Positions 39,801 through 53,900 are shown, numbered from the stretch's first letter. The stretch: DNA of 64,000 nucleotides from Styela clava (GCF_964204865.1 NC_135253.1:14384001-14448000), one strand, 5' to 3'. The notes: generated by a model not told the origin, from the letters alone. Translations and numbers: made by a program.

Positions 39801-42493
39801 ACAAAAATCAATTCCGTAATTACGGAAAAATCAATTACGTAATGACCCCGTAATTGCGATATTTTTCCACGCATTTAAACCTATCATAACAACCAATTGA
39901 ATCCACTTCTTTTCCGAAGGGGACATTGATGTTGGGTTTTCATATTCTTGGCAGTACTACACGCCGGCGGCAGATGTTAAATACAAATATCAAGGAGTGA
40001 ATTCAAATTAATTTTATTCTGATTTTTATCTTTTGTGTTAGCTTTGGTTTCCCTTTATCACCTTCGCAAATTAACCGTCCCATTTTTATGCGATCAATTT
40101 TATTTTATCATTACCGACACTGGTATACGGATATTTATGAAAACGATAGTTTTTTAAAACCACCTTAGTACTGAATAAAAATTGCGGGTTTCTAATTTAT
40201 TAACCAACGAGGAGCGTATTCTCTCGTTTGATTATACTTGCGATTTCCTCGCTACGAAGACTTGTTTTTGCAGCGTCTTCTGCATTATCCGACATTACTG
40301 CCTTGTTAGCATTTTATAATAATAATTATTGATGTCGACTTATTGACGATATTCCGATTACCATGCTTCATTTTACATTTAATCATTTCGCGGACTGAAT
40401 GTTTATAACATTATTTGCGATAAATTTAGATCAAATATTATTTATTTGAGTATAATTTAAATATGGAACTTATATGATATGCCTTCTCCGAAAATACAAA
40501 GTTATATCGCAAAACAATTCATTTTGTGACATTTATTTTACACTCACGACATTTATTTGCTAACTCAAGTCGGCGATCCTATCGGCCAAGATTGACACAA
40601 GTTTGGTCGAGTGCCGGTGGTATTCAAGTCGACGATAAACCAAAATAAGTTGCCGCATTTGGTAAGACAGTTAATCATATATGGCCGAAATATTGAGAGG
40701 AATTGTGAAAAACATCATGAGCAAGGCCAAGTCAGGACTGATATATAACGATAAAACCGTTAACAGAACATCAAGATTTTGTAATAAAAAATGGATCTCG
40801 CACAGAATAAACACACTGGCTCATATTTGATTATATATGATAGCAGTTAAATTTTTAGCGGTCCGCGAGGAATCCGTCGTTTTGCTGTTTCTCTGCCGTC
40901 TCAATCGCTTTACCGATGCCGAGAAGACGAAGTTGCGTTGGTTCATTACGCAATCTCTCTTTTGTCGTCATATTGCTATTTGATAAGCGCGACATTAATT
41001 ATCACGGCGAGGTATTGGCGCGAGTGATCAATCGCTCTTTTCGCTTATTTGGTTCCAATTCGTCGCGAAAGCTCTTCGTTAAATTTCACATGATCGTCGT
41101 GTTGAAAGGTTATGGATATTTTCCTGTTTATACCCCAAGTCTGAAATAAAACAGCCAAAAACAGTATGATATTCCATGTTCATATATCAAGTGTTGATAT
41201 TAACAATAAAGAATGGTTAGGCATTGCTAATCCACACTTGGTGGGGAATTCCCACTATTTAAACGCGTGACTATAAAATAGAAACGGAACATATATACCA
41301 TAAGTAACGGAAAACTGGAACAAGTAAATAATAAATAAAAGTAAAATGGATACAAATGTTTGATAGACCATGTTTGAAAGATTGATCTCCTGCGTTCATT
41401 AGTCATTTCACCCGAAGAAGTTGAAACCGTGCGTGTTAGCGTCCATCGGTCTTAACACAATTCTTCCCCCTATCTACGGTTAATATGTACATTGGCCATG
41501 GCCATGCTAGATAAGATGCGAGAGAAGTTGAAACCAGGTGTGTTGGCGTCAATCGGTCTCAACGCAATTTTATCCCTTATCTACGGTTAAGTTACGGGAG
41601 AAATTAAAACCAGGTGTGTTGGCGTCAAACGGCCCTACTCAATTTTTCCCCCTTAACTACGTTAATAATTCACATTGGCCATGCCAGAGAAGTTGATAAT
41701 AGGTTGGTAAATGGCAACGCGCCATGACTTCCTTCACCTACCTAACAAGAGAGAGAGAAGTGAGAAAAACGGCTGCGAATACCGGAACTCTAACTTCTTC
41801 TACTTGTTGAGCTTTCATTTTTCGCAATCGACGAAATTGACTGCTTTGAAGAAAGCTCGTTTCAATGCAATAATTACGACTTTACGTAATTCGTAACTTT
41901 CCTTCCGTAACTCCAAATAATTACGTAATTCCGTAAATCCGTAAATTACGTGCAAGCCTATAAATTGACGCTGGGTAACACGAAAGTTTATCGCCTGCAA
42001 GATAATGAACTTTTTCAGTGGCAGTTAGCCCGTGTAGAATTTCAAGTTCTCTAGATCAGCTTTATCGATATTTTACGCCATAATACCACGCAAGTATCAA
42101 TGTATGCGTAATGAAATATCTCAAAATAATAACAATTAATAATAAAACGAAACAAAAATATGAATTTCATATTATTATACAAACTATTCGTTGCGAGTTT
42201 AGGTTTTATTGACTGCATCTTGTACCGTTGATTTATAATATACATTTTTGAGTTTTTTTTTTAATTATGTCTCACTTTTATTATTTTAATCATCAAAATT
42301 TTAAATAAATCGAACTTATCGACAGGAATATACCTACGACTTCCGAAAGCTTTGAAAGCATGGCCAGTAGTATAACTACATAAACTCCAATATAATGCAG
42401 TATTCGATCTGATCCAAGTTCGATGACAATTTCTTTTTCATGCTTCTGAGACGCCTGTTCCAGAGCTTGTGCAGCTTCGTAAGGGTTAGACAT
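36846..42493 (-). CDS. Pannexin/innexin-family paralog E, ~478 aa if the exon-2 transposon is spliced out. Exons 42334-42493, 41950-41994, 39564-39781, 38864-39003, 38265-38553, 37517-37878, 36846-37068
   Basis: All exons are open and phase-compatible (1437 nt). Motifs IELGSDR, LSCYP...FCWES, FLQWMPY, WWHFRVGARLMGHLKF, DRHLFSMLCFENF. Ancestral exon 2 is split by the 39783-41960 element, so the gene is either rescued by splicing or recently disrupted. Confidence 0.75.
39253..39490. mobile_element. hAT-type MITE in an intron of paralog E; a partial copy of the same family lies at ~23440-23506
   Basis: TIR CAGAGGTGGGCAA / TTGCCCATGTCTG, TSD gtatataa/gtatgtaa, GCGGGCC subterminal motifs. Confidence 0.8.
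39783..41960. mobile_element. Non-autonomous TIR DNA element (~2.18 kb) inserted in exon 2 of paralog E
   Basis: Perfect 17-bp TIR TAGGCTTGCACGTAATT at both ends, dense subterminal CGTAATT/AATTACG repeats, and three internal ~60-100 bp repeats at 41417-41665. The flanks carry an imperfect 9-bp duplication (ttgacggtg / ttgacgctg) offset 1 and 4 nt from the TIRs. Confidence 0.88.
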
Positions 42494-45400
42494 GATAAAC
42501 TTTACTTGAATGCAAAATAACAAATCGCCTATGTTTCGATTTATATTTCTTTTAAGAAGAATGAGAACCAGAATACCGGATCAGGCAATAGCTTGATCTA
42601 AGATTTTTTTGTCACTTCAGAGGAGGTGGTTCTATACTCATACTCTACACTGCTCAAAGTTCTCGGTTGGAGTATTTCATTTCCAGTTGGCCAATCGTAA
42701 TCCTTCAATATTTATGTTATAAACGTTTGTATAAACGATCTTCTGCCCACTTTGCTACTTTTATTATTCCGGAAATACAGTGCCGATGATTCAATCCTCT
42801 CCTACTTGCACAATCATTAAGATTATTCCCAGACTTGTGCCATGTCTATATTTACCAAGAACACTCTTAATGAAAACCGTGTGTTCATACTTGATCGTGG
42901 ATATATTTTGTAAAAATTGACTACTGAAGTCAATGAATAATTCAGAAACCAATGTGTCATGGAAGCATTCGATCGAATGCCCAAGACGAAAGAGAATAGC
43001 AACGAAGAAGTAAAGAAAGTGTAAAATACATTAGTTCCTCGTTACATGTTATGTAGATCTTAAGTAATACATATATTCTTTAACCTCATACAAGATTTCT
43101 GATTTACTTTATTTTTAAATACTTTTATAAAATTTTCTTCTATTCGAGCTCATGCACCCTATATCATTATACAGTAATCAGTAATCAGTAGTTTATTTCT
43201 CACCATACTTAAAATAGGCACAAACATACAAATTGCAATAAATTAAATTATAAATTGGCCATATTTCAGGGTGAAGGAGACGCGAGAAACCAATACTGGT
43301 TATCGAGCAGCGGCACCTATAAAATAAGTCTAACACTATAATATAAAAAACAAAAACAAAAAAACGAACTAAGTTTAAATAAATTGAGGAAAAAAATACA
43401 TAAAATATCTCGAGACGATCTGCTGTAACCAGCAATCGCTCGCTTCAACCAAAGTGACTATAATAGTCACTTAGGCTTCAACAAAAGAAAAGACAACTCC
43501 GAACACCACTGATTCGGTAGCCATGGAGATGGCGTTAGTGGATTGTATCACAACAATACTATTGTGAAGCCCATTAGCTAACAATGGGCAATAAATGTCA
43601 AATTCTGATGGCGCATGGTTATTGGTTACAGTGGAACCCATGGTTTGCTGAGGGCGACAACAGGATCACCAACGAATAAACCATACCTTTATGCTAGAAA
43701 GGAATTGAGGTACCTGTTAATGGGATCTAGTGATTGGCAGCTGGAGTCAGGGCTTCACATAACGTTACAGGAAATCTAAAATCAGGGAAGACATGAAATA
43801 CCAAACGAGGCCCTCTCCTGATAGACAATAACGAAGCCCATTAAAAAGCAATGTCATGATTGGATTATAACGTGAATTCATTTGCAATATTTAACATGAG
43901 ACCATTAATTATGTTGCGAAAAGAAAAAATAAATTGACAAATAATGGTCTCCTTTCGAAGTACTGGCATAATTTAAATATCCAAACTTAGCAAACGGAGT
44001 TACATGTTTACGACAGACTTTTAGTCTGTGGTGAGGATAACTAAACTAAAAAGTCGTTCCAAGCAGATGAAAAAGCAAAATGAATGATACATTTTAAAAC
44101 TTTAGCAATGAATTGATATCATACAAATAAAATATTTTTCGTTGTTTTGTAAAGAGTTGACAATTTCTTTTTCATGCTTCTGAGACGCCTGTTCCAGACC
44201 TTGTGTAGCTTCGTAAGGGTTAGACATGATAAACTTTACTTGAATGCAAAATAACAAATCGCCTAAGTTTCGATTTATATTTCTTTTAAGAAGAATGAGA
44301 ACCAGAATACCGGATCAGGCAATAGCTTGATCTAAGATTTTTTTGTCGCTTCAGAGGAGGTGGTTCTATACTCATACTCTACACTGCTCAAAGTTCTCGG
44401 TTGGTGTATTTCATTTCCAGTTGGCCAATCGTAATCCTTCAATATTTATGTTATAAACGTTTGTATAAACGATCTTCTGCCCACTTTGCTACTTTTATTA
44501 TTCCGGATATACAGTGCCGATGATTCAATCCTCTCCTACTTGCACAATCATTAAGATTATTCCCAGACTTGTGCCATGTCTATATTTACCAAGAACACTC
44601 TTAATGAAAACCGTGTGTTCATACTTGATCGTGGATATATTTTGTAAAAATTGACTACTGAAGTCAATGAATAATTCAGAAACCGATGTGTCATGGAAGC
44701 ATTCGATCGAATGCCCAAGACGAAAGAGAATAGCAACGAAGAAGTAAAGAAAGTGTAAAATACATTAGTTCCTCGTTACATGTTATGTAGATCTTAAGTA
44801 ATACAACTTTAACCTCATACAAGATTTCTGATTTACTTTATTTTTAAATACTTTTATAAAATTTTCTTCTATTCGAGCTCATGCACCCTATATCATTATA
44901 CATACGAGGCCCTCTCCTGATAGACAAGAACGAAGCCCATTAAAAAGCAATGTCATGATTGGATTATAACGTGAATTCATTTGCAATATTTAACATGAGA
45001 CCATTAATTATGTTGCAAAAAGAAAAAATAAATTGACAAATAATGGTCTCCTTTCGAAGTACTGGCATAATTTAAATATCCAAACTTAGCAAACGGAGTT
45101 ACATGTTTACGACAGACTTTTAGTCTGTGGTGAGAATAACTAAACTAAAAAGTCGTTCCAAGCAGATGAAAAAGCAAAATGAATGATACATTTTAAAACT
45201 TTAGCAATGAATTGATATCATACAAATAAAATATTTTTCGTTGTTTTGTAAAGAGTTGACAATTTCTTTTTCATGCTTCTGAGACGCCTGTTCCAGACCT
45301 TGTGTAGCTTCGTAAGGGTTAGACATGATAAACTTTACTTGAATGCAAAATAAGAAATCGCCTAAGTTTCGATTTATATTTCTTTTAAGAAGAATGAGAA

Positions 45401-48400
45401 CCAGAATACCGGATCGGGCAATAGCTTGATCTAAGATTTTTTTGTCACTTCAGAGGAGGTGGTTCTATACTCATACTCTACACTGCTCAAAGTTCTCGGT
45501 TGGTGTATTTCATTTCCAGTTGGCCAATCGTAATCCTTCAATATTTATGTTATAAACGTTTGTATAAACGATCTTCTGCCCACTTTACTACTTTTATTAT
45601 TCCGGAAATACAGTGCCGATGATTCAATCCTCTCCTACTTGCACAATCATTAAGATTATTCTCAGACTTGTGCCATGTCTATATTTACCAAGAACACTCT
45701 TAATGAAAACCGTGTGTTCATACTTGATCGTGGATATATTAAAAATTGACTACTGGAGTCAAAGAATAATTCAGAAACCAATGTGTCATGGAAGCATTCG
45801 ATCGAATGCCCAAGACGAAAGAGAATAGCAACGAAGAAGTAAAGAAAGTGTAAAATACATTAGTTCCTCGTTACATGTTATGTAGATCTTAAGTAATACA
45901 TATATTCTTTAACCTCATACAAGATTTCTGATTTACTTTATTTTTAAATACTTTTATAAAATTTTCTTCTATTCGAGCTCATGCACCCTATATCATTATA
46001 CAGTAATCAGTAATCAGTAGTTTATTTCTCACCATACTTAAAATAGGCACAAACATACAAATTGCAATAAATTAAATTATAAATTGGCCATATTTCAGGG
46101 TGAAGGAGACGCGAGAAACCAATACTGGTTATCGAGCAGCGGCACCTATAAAATAAGTCTAACACTATAATATAAAAAACAAAAACAAAAAAACGAACTA
46201 AGTTTAAATAAATTGAGGAAAAAAATACATAAAATATCTCGAGACGATCTGCTGTAACCAGCAATCGCTCGCTTCAACCAAAGTGACTATAATAGTCACT
46301 TAGGCTTCAACAAAAGAAAAGACAACTCCGAACACCACTGATTCGGTAGCCATGGAGATGGCGTTAGTGGATTGTATCACAACAATACTATTGTGAAGCC
46401 CATTAGCTAACAATGGGCAATAAATGTCAAATTCTGATGGCGCATGGTTATTGGTTACAGTGGAACCCATGGTTTGCTGAGGGCGACAACAGGATCACCA
46501 ACGAATAAACCATACCTTTATGCTAGAAAGGAATTGAGGTACCTGTTAATGAGATCTAGTGATTGGCAGCTGGAGTCAGGGCTTCACATAACGTTACAGG
46601 AAATATAAAATCAGGGAAGACATGAAATACCAAACGAGGCCCTCTTCTGATAGACAATAACGAAGCCCATTAAAAAGCAATGTCATGATTGGATTATAAC
46701 GTGAATTCATTTGCAATATTTAACATGAGACCATTAATTATGTTGCGAAAAGAAAAAATAAATTGACAAATAATGGTCTCCTTTCGAAGTACTGGCATAA
46801 TTTAAATATCCAAACTTAGCAAACGGAGTTACATGTTTACGACAGACTTTTAGTCTGTGGTGAGGATAACTAAACTAAAAAGTCGTTCCAAGCAGATGAA
46901 AAAGCAAAATTAATGATACATTTTAAAACTTTAGCAATGAATTGATATCATACAAATAAAATATTTTTCGTTGTTTTGTAAAGAGTTGACAATTTCTTTT
47001 TCATGCTTCTGAGACGCCTGTTCCAGACCTTGTGTAGCTTCGTAAGGGTTAGACATGATAAACTTTACTTGAATGCAAAATAACAAATCGCCTAAGTTTC
47101 GATTTATATTTCTTTTAAGAAGAATGAGAACCAGAATACCGGATCAGGCAATAGCTTGATCTAAGATTTTTTTGTCACTTCAGAGGAGGTGGTTCTATAC
47201 TCATACTCTACACTGCTCAAAGTTCTCGGTTGGTGTATTTCATTTCCAGTTGGCCAATCGTAATCCTTCAATATTTATGTTATAAACGTTTGTATAAACG
47301 ATCTTCTGCCCACTTTACTACTTTTATTATTCCGGAAATACAGTGCCGATGATTCAATCCTCTCCTACTTGCACAATCATTAAGATTATTCTCAGACTTG
47401 TGCCATGTCTATATTTACCAAGAACACTCTTAATGAAAACCGTGTGTTCATACTTGATCGTGGATATATTAAAAATTGACTACTGGAGTCAAAGAATAAT
47501 TCAGAAACCAATGTGTCATGGAAGCATTCGATCGCATGCCCAAGACGAAAGAGAATAGCAACGAAGAAGTAAAGAAAGTGTAAAATACATTAGTTCCTCG
47601 TTACATGTTATGTAGATCTTAAGTAATACATATATTCTTTAACCTCATACAAGATTTCTGATTTACTTTATTTTTAAATACTTTTATAAAATTTTCTTCT
47701 ATTCGAGCTCATGCACCCTATATTATTATACAGTAATCAGTAATCAGTAGTTTATTTCTCACCATACTTAAAATAGGCACAAACATACAAATTGCAATAA
47801 ATTAAATTATAAATTGGCCATATTTCAGGGTGAAGGAGACGCGAGAAACCAATACTGGTTATCGAGCAGCGGCACCTATAAAATAAGTCTAACACTATAA
47901 TAAAAAAAACAAAAACAAAAAAACGAACTAGGTTTAAATAAATTGAGGAAAAAAATACATAAAATATCTCGAGACGATCTGCTGTAACCAGCAATCGCTC
48001 GCTTCAACCAAAGTGACTATAATAGTCACTTAGGCTTCAACAAAAGAAAAGACAACTCCGAACACCACTGATTCGGTAGCCATGGAGATGGCGTTAGTGG
48101 ATTGTATCACAACAATACTATTGTGAAGCCCATTAGCTAACAATGGGCAATAAATGTCAAATTCTGATGGCGCATGGTTATTGGTTACAGTGGAACCCAT
48201 GGTTTGCTGAGGGCGACAACAGGATCACCAACGAATAAACCATACCTTTATGCTAGAAAGGAATTGAGGTACCTGTTAATGGGATCTAGTGATTGGCAGC
48301 TGGAATCAGGGCTTCACATAACGTTACAGGAAATATAAAATCAGGGAAGACATGAAATATCAAACGAGGCCCTCTCCTGATAGACAAGAACGAAGCCCAT

Positions 48401-50922
48401 TAAAAAGCAATGTCATGATTGGATTATAACGTGAATTCATTTGCAATATTTAACATGAGACCATTAATTATGTTGCGAAAAGAAAAAATAAATTGACAAA
48501 TAATGGTCTCCTTTCGAAGTACTGGCAAAATTTAAATATCCAAACTTAGCAAACGGAGTTACATGTTTACGACAGACTTTTAGTCTGTGGTGAGGATAAC
48601 TAAACTAAAAAGTCGTTCCAAGCAGATGAAAAAGCAAAATGAATGATACATTTTAAAACTTTAGCAATGAATTGATATCATACAAATAAAATATTTTTCG
48701 TTGTTTTGTAAAGAGTTGACAATTTCTTTTTCATGCTTCTGAGACGCCTGTTCCAGACCTTTTGTAGCTTCGTAAGGGTTAGACATGATAAACTTTACTT
48801 GAATGCAAAATAACAAATCGCCTAAGTTTCGATTTATATTTCTTTTAAGAAGAATGAGAACCAGAATACCGGATCAGGCAATAGCTTGATCTAAGATTTT
48901 TTTGTCACTCCAGAGGAGGTGGTTCTATACTCATACTCTACACTGCTCAAAGTTCTCGGTTGGTGTATTTCATTTCCAGTTGGCCAATCGTAATCCTTCA
49001 ATATTTATGTTATAAACGTTTGTATAAACGATCTTCTGCCCACTTTGCTACTTTTATTATTCCGGAAATACAGTGCCGATGATTCAATCCTCTCCTACTT
49101 GCACAATCATTAAGATTATTCCCAGACTTGTGCCATGTCTATATTTACCAAGAACACTCTTAATGAAAACCGTGTGTTCATACTTGATCGTGGATATATT
49201 AAAAATTGACTACTGGAGTCAATGAATAATTCAGAAACCAATGTGTCATGGAAGCATTCGATCGAATGCCCAAGACGAAAGAGAATAGCAACGAAGAAGT
49301 AAAGAAAGTGTAAAATACATTAGTTCCTCGTTACATGTTATGTAGATCTTAAGTAATACATATATTTTTTAACCTCATACAAGATTTCTGATTTACTTTA
49401 TTTTTAAATACTTTTATAAAATTTTCTTCTATTCGAGCTCATGCACCCTATATCATTATACATACGAGGCCCTCTCCTGATAGACAAGAACGAAGCCCAT
49501 TAAAAAGCAATGTCATGATTGGATTATAACGTGAATTCATTTGCAATATTTAACATGAGACCATTAATTATGTTGCAAAAAGAAAAAATAAATTGACAAA
49601 TAATGGTCTCCTTTCGAAGTACTGGCATAATTTAAATATCCAAACTTAGCAAACGGAGTTACATGTTTACGACAGACTTTTAGGCTGTGGTGAGAATAAC
49701 TAAACTAAAAAGTCGTTCCAAGCAGATGAAAAAGCAAAATGAATGATACATTTTAAAACTTTAGCAATGAATTGATATCATACAAACAAAATATTTTTCG
49801 TTGTTTTGTAAAGAGTTGACAATTTCTTTTTCATGCTTCTGAGACGCCTGTTCCAGACCTTGTGTAGCTTCGTAAGGGTTAGACATGATAAACTTTACTT
49901 AAATGCAAAATAACAAATCGCCTAAGTTTCGATTTATATTTCTTTTAAGAAGAATGAGAACCAGAATACCGGATCAGGCAATAGCTTAATCTAAGATTTT
50001 TTTGTCACTTCAGAGGAGGTGGTTCTATACTCATACTCTACACTGCTCAAAGTTCTCGATTGGTGTATTTCATTTCCAGTTGGCCAATCGTAATCCTTCA
50101 ATATTTATGTTATAAACGTTTGTATAAACGATCTTCTGCCCACTTTGCTACTTTTATTATTCCGGAAATACAGTGCCGATGATTCAATCCTCTCCTACTT
50201 GCACAATCATTCAGATTATTCCCAGACTTGTGCCATGTCTATATTTACCAAGAACACTCTTAATGAAAACCGTGTGTTCATACTTGATCGTGGATATATT
50301 TTGTAAAAATTGACTACTGGAGTCAATGAATAATTCAGAAACCAATGTGTCATGGAAGCATTCGATCGAATGCCCAAGACGAAAGAGAATAGCAACGAAG
50401 AAGTAAAGAAAGTGTAAAATACATTAGTTCCTCGTTACATGTTATGTAGATCTTAAGTAATACATATATTCTTTAACCTCATACAAGATTTCTGATTTAC
50501 TTTATTTTTAAATACTTTTATAAAATTTTCTTCTATTCGAGCTCATGCACCCTATATCATTATACATACGAGGCCCTCTCCTGATAGACAAGAACGAAGC
50601 CCATTAAAAAGCAATGTCATGATTGGATTATAACGTGAATTCATTTGCAATATTTAACATGAGACCATTAATTATGTTGCAAAAAGAAAAAATAAATTGA
50701 CAAATAATGGTCTCCTTTCGAAGTACTGGCATAATTTAAATATCCACACTTAGCAAACGGAGTTACATGTTTACGACAGACTTTTAGTCTGTGGTGAGAA
50801 TAACTAAACTTGAAAGTCGTTCCAAGCAGATGAAAAAGCAAAATGAATGATACATTTCAAAACTTTAGCAATGAATTGATATCATACAAATAAAATATTT
50901 TCCGTTGTTTTGTAAAGAGTTG
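42425..50922. repeat. Tandem array of six near-identical units (about 1734, 1099, 1730, 1730, 1100, 1104 bp) containing the first 23 codons and upstream region of paralog E
   Basis: The unit start gacaatttctttttcatgcttctgagacgcc recurs at 42425, 44159, 45258, 46988, 48718 and 49818. Short units share one ~630-bp deletion junction (tcattataca|tacgaggccc). Confidence 0.95.
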
Positions 50923-53900
50923 CAATCGAACTCGGAAATTTGCAAACTTTCAACTTCGATTCAGAAGAATAACTTTGAAAGATTAAAAAGAAAAGGTTTG
51001 ATGGACATAAAATGGCTCCTTGTGTAACACTACAGTCTCGTTACCGTTTGAGGTTTTAAATATTTCATAATAAAGTTTGAAGTCACGTTCGAGCAATAAT
51101 CAACCTAACATTGCATTATTTTTTTTGTTTAAATCTTAAAATTGCCTCAGTTTGCTTAATATCTATACATTCTGTGTATTTGATTTTCAACGGACAATCT
51201 TACAATCAAGAATCATGTCAGAATGTTTATGAAATCCTGCTTAAATTTTTTAGTATTTATATTTTTTTCGACGATAAACGAGAAACTATTTTTGCACAGA
51301 AGCATGTTGATGAATATTATTTGAACTTTGTTATTTATCTATATTCTAAAATCATTCTGATAGAACGAATTGTTTTCTATCCACAAAAAAAAAAAATTAA
51401 ATTGAAAAATATCGATGATGATAAACTTAATTTAGTAAATTGAATCAGTTTTATGCATTAAAATTTCTTTCACAATTACACAGTCTTGTCTGAGCAGGGT
51501 CACTCTCTCTGGACAAGCAAATTCTCAAATTATTGCCAAGCGTTTTTTTGCAGATAGCCTAGCCCTAGATGAGAAATTGCTATCGCACTGTCGAGACAAG
51601 ATTTGAGTAAAAATTGAAAGCAACTAATGGTTAATATACCAATAAAGTGGAAAAATTGAAGTTTGAATCAAAAGTAGATTTGGAATATCAGGAAAATCAA
51701 TTTAAAATTTATATAAAATCCTCTCGATGTTATTTTATTGAATGTCATGGATATTTACTGAAATCTGAACGTTATATTTTGAAATAAATTACATACAATT
51801 CTCTTCCATAGGAATAATCTATGTGAATACTGGTAATGAATATTCAACATACTTTTGACCAACTCCATGTTCCAACCTTTGTTCTCAGCCGGGCAGATTT
51901 TATAAAGTCTATAGATTCTGTCCGAAAGATTTTCAGTTTTCAGACAATCGGCCAATGCATCATCGGGAAGCTTGATTTTCTTGTTATCCTTGTTTATCAC
52001 TATAGGCATGAATTACGGAACCGTAGTTAATATTTGACTTTATGCCGTAAAAAAAGAAATCAGTTGTCTCATGAAAAATTGTCTGGGTCGAAGAATTCCA
52101 AACAGATGCTCACATCAAATATTGGTTCATGATCGCCACCAAGAGTATGCTAAACAGTTTGGATTTATACAAAACAACAGCGTTAAACAACTTTTTTATT
52201 TAACAAACTTTTTATCAGACATGAGGTGGAACTTATTGTTGCAGTTTTGTTATCACTTGTCTGAGTAACTACTGGATAAATATCAAATTTTCAATAATCT
52301 GGCTATTTTATTTTAATACTTATTCACGTGACTTAACTTTTCATCCTTTTTGATGATTTGTTTTGATTCATGGGAACACTAGGTTGACTTTCAACTTTTG
52401 CGTTCATATATTAAAGCATTACAGTTATAATCTGTTATTCGTGTACAAAATACGTAGGATGACTTATATAAGTGGCCTAATATGAATTGATTTATATGAA
52501 AATTTAGAGCTAAGTATAAGAGGAGACGAACCAAAAATGCAATTTTTTAATAGTCAATCATCCTTTTTTGACCAGAGGAATTGTTCTCGTTTCATCCAGT
52601 TGTGCGCAGTGTGGTGGATTTCCAACTGTTGCTGCGCTTAAACAGGGTGAGGAAAACCGAATCATAAATTCATCCCTATTGCTAACTCTAGTGCGCTACC
52701 AATTTTCTGTTCAAGACGAAGCTTAGCGATCATTAGTCCGAAGTATGAGCTAAATGTGAAAATTATTCGGCCTCTAGGGAAGATGGCGATGGGCATATGC
52801 AAAGTATTGCAAACATACTGGTCGTTGTAAATTGAAGTGTTGCGTTAATGAGATTTTTGTTTTAAAATGCGATTTTTTTGTTCCAGTTGCAAGTGTATCT
52901 GTAATGTAAGTGTAACAAATTTCTGTTAAGTATGATTGTATTTAAAAAAACTGGCGGTAGCTTTCATGCGCTTACAACATTTAACTGAATACGCCTCATT
53001 TTTGTAACCCTTTTTAACGTCAATTTCATTCTGATATTTCGCTAGTTACAGGAATAAGATTATATTTTACGCGACTGGTGTTGATAAGTTTGGTAAAATC
53101 TTTGGAAAATACTTTAGTTTTACTTATTATTTTGTAACATGCTACGAAGATCCTAATTTAATTTGTGTTGATTTCTCATTTAGGACATCGAAATTTTATT
53201 TCATATCATTTTATAAAAAGTCAGTCTGCCATTAGTGGGCAAAAAGAAAGGGATAGATAATCTTTACAGATTGCGTGCATATATAAGTCTTATGAATATA
53301 TAATTTAAAAGTTTTACTGTGAACGTAATCTTTGTATCTGATAAAATATGAGATAACCAATTCAGTCTCAATTTCCTACGACTGAGAAAGGTTGCAGTTT
53401 CCTCTCATATTTCCATCCATATTTATGATTTCAAATCCCTCACTGTATTGCGAAAAACTAGTATGGTATCGTGAGGTTTTTGGCTTAGATATAGTAGTTG
53501 ATGTCTATTATTATATACACGACTAGACAGGCTGAATGCCAGTTGTAAAAAGTATTTAAATTTTCAGTTAATAAAGCGTTGATCACCACTTATGAAAAAC
53601 AGATAACGAATACTTCTAAAGATATAAATACTCCTAAAATTAAGTTGTTCTAGTTTGTAAATCTGTACTTCAGGAATTAATTAAATACATTTTCGTTTAC
53701 ATGTCATAAATATTTTTAGATTTAGACCCCCGAACAGGAGGACCACGCTCAGAAGTCTTATAATTCTCGGTCTACTTACAAATAATACAAAACTAACTTA
53801 GAAACTGAAGACTGAGGCAGCTTATGGCAGTGATTATTATTATAGCCTGAAATAATATCCTCTTCCTGTTTTTTAGTATGATTTTTATTCTTAATCTTTT

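Noticed and set aside
43193-47994. Repeated 80-aa (MLVTADRLEIF...) and 71-aa (MPMIQSSPTC...) ORFs
   Set aside because: They recur only because they lie in the tandem units. They have non-ATG starts or AT-driven composition, and the 71-aa frame is broken in other units.
42425-50922. Long regular repeat array considered as CRISPR-like or satellite DNA
   Set aside because: Units are 1.1-1.7 kb near-identical copies with no unique spacers, derived from the 5' end of paralog E in a eukaryotic context.
51755-52270. 84-aa minus-strand ORF (MPIVINKDNKK...) with coding-like composition
   Set aside because: I found no recognisable motif or convincing splice partners, and adjacent frames contain stops. 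It may be a decayed exon or TE fragment but is unsupported.
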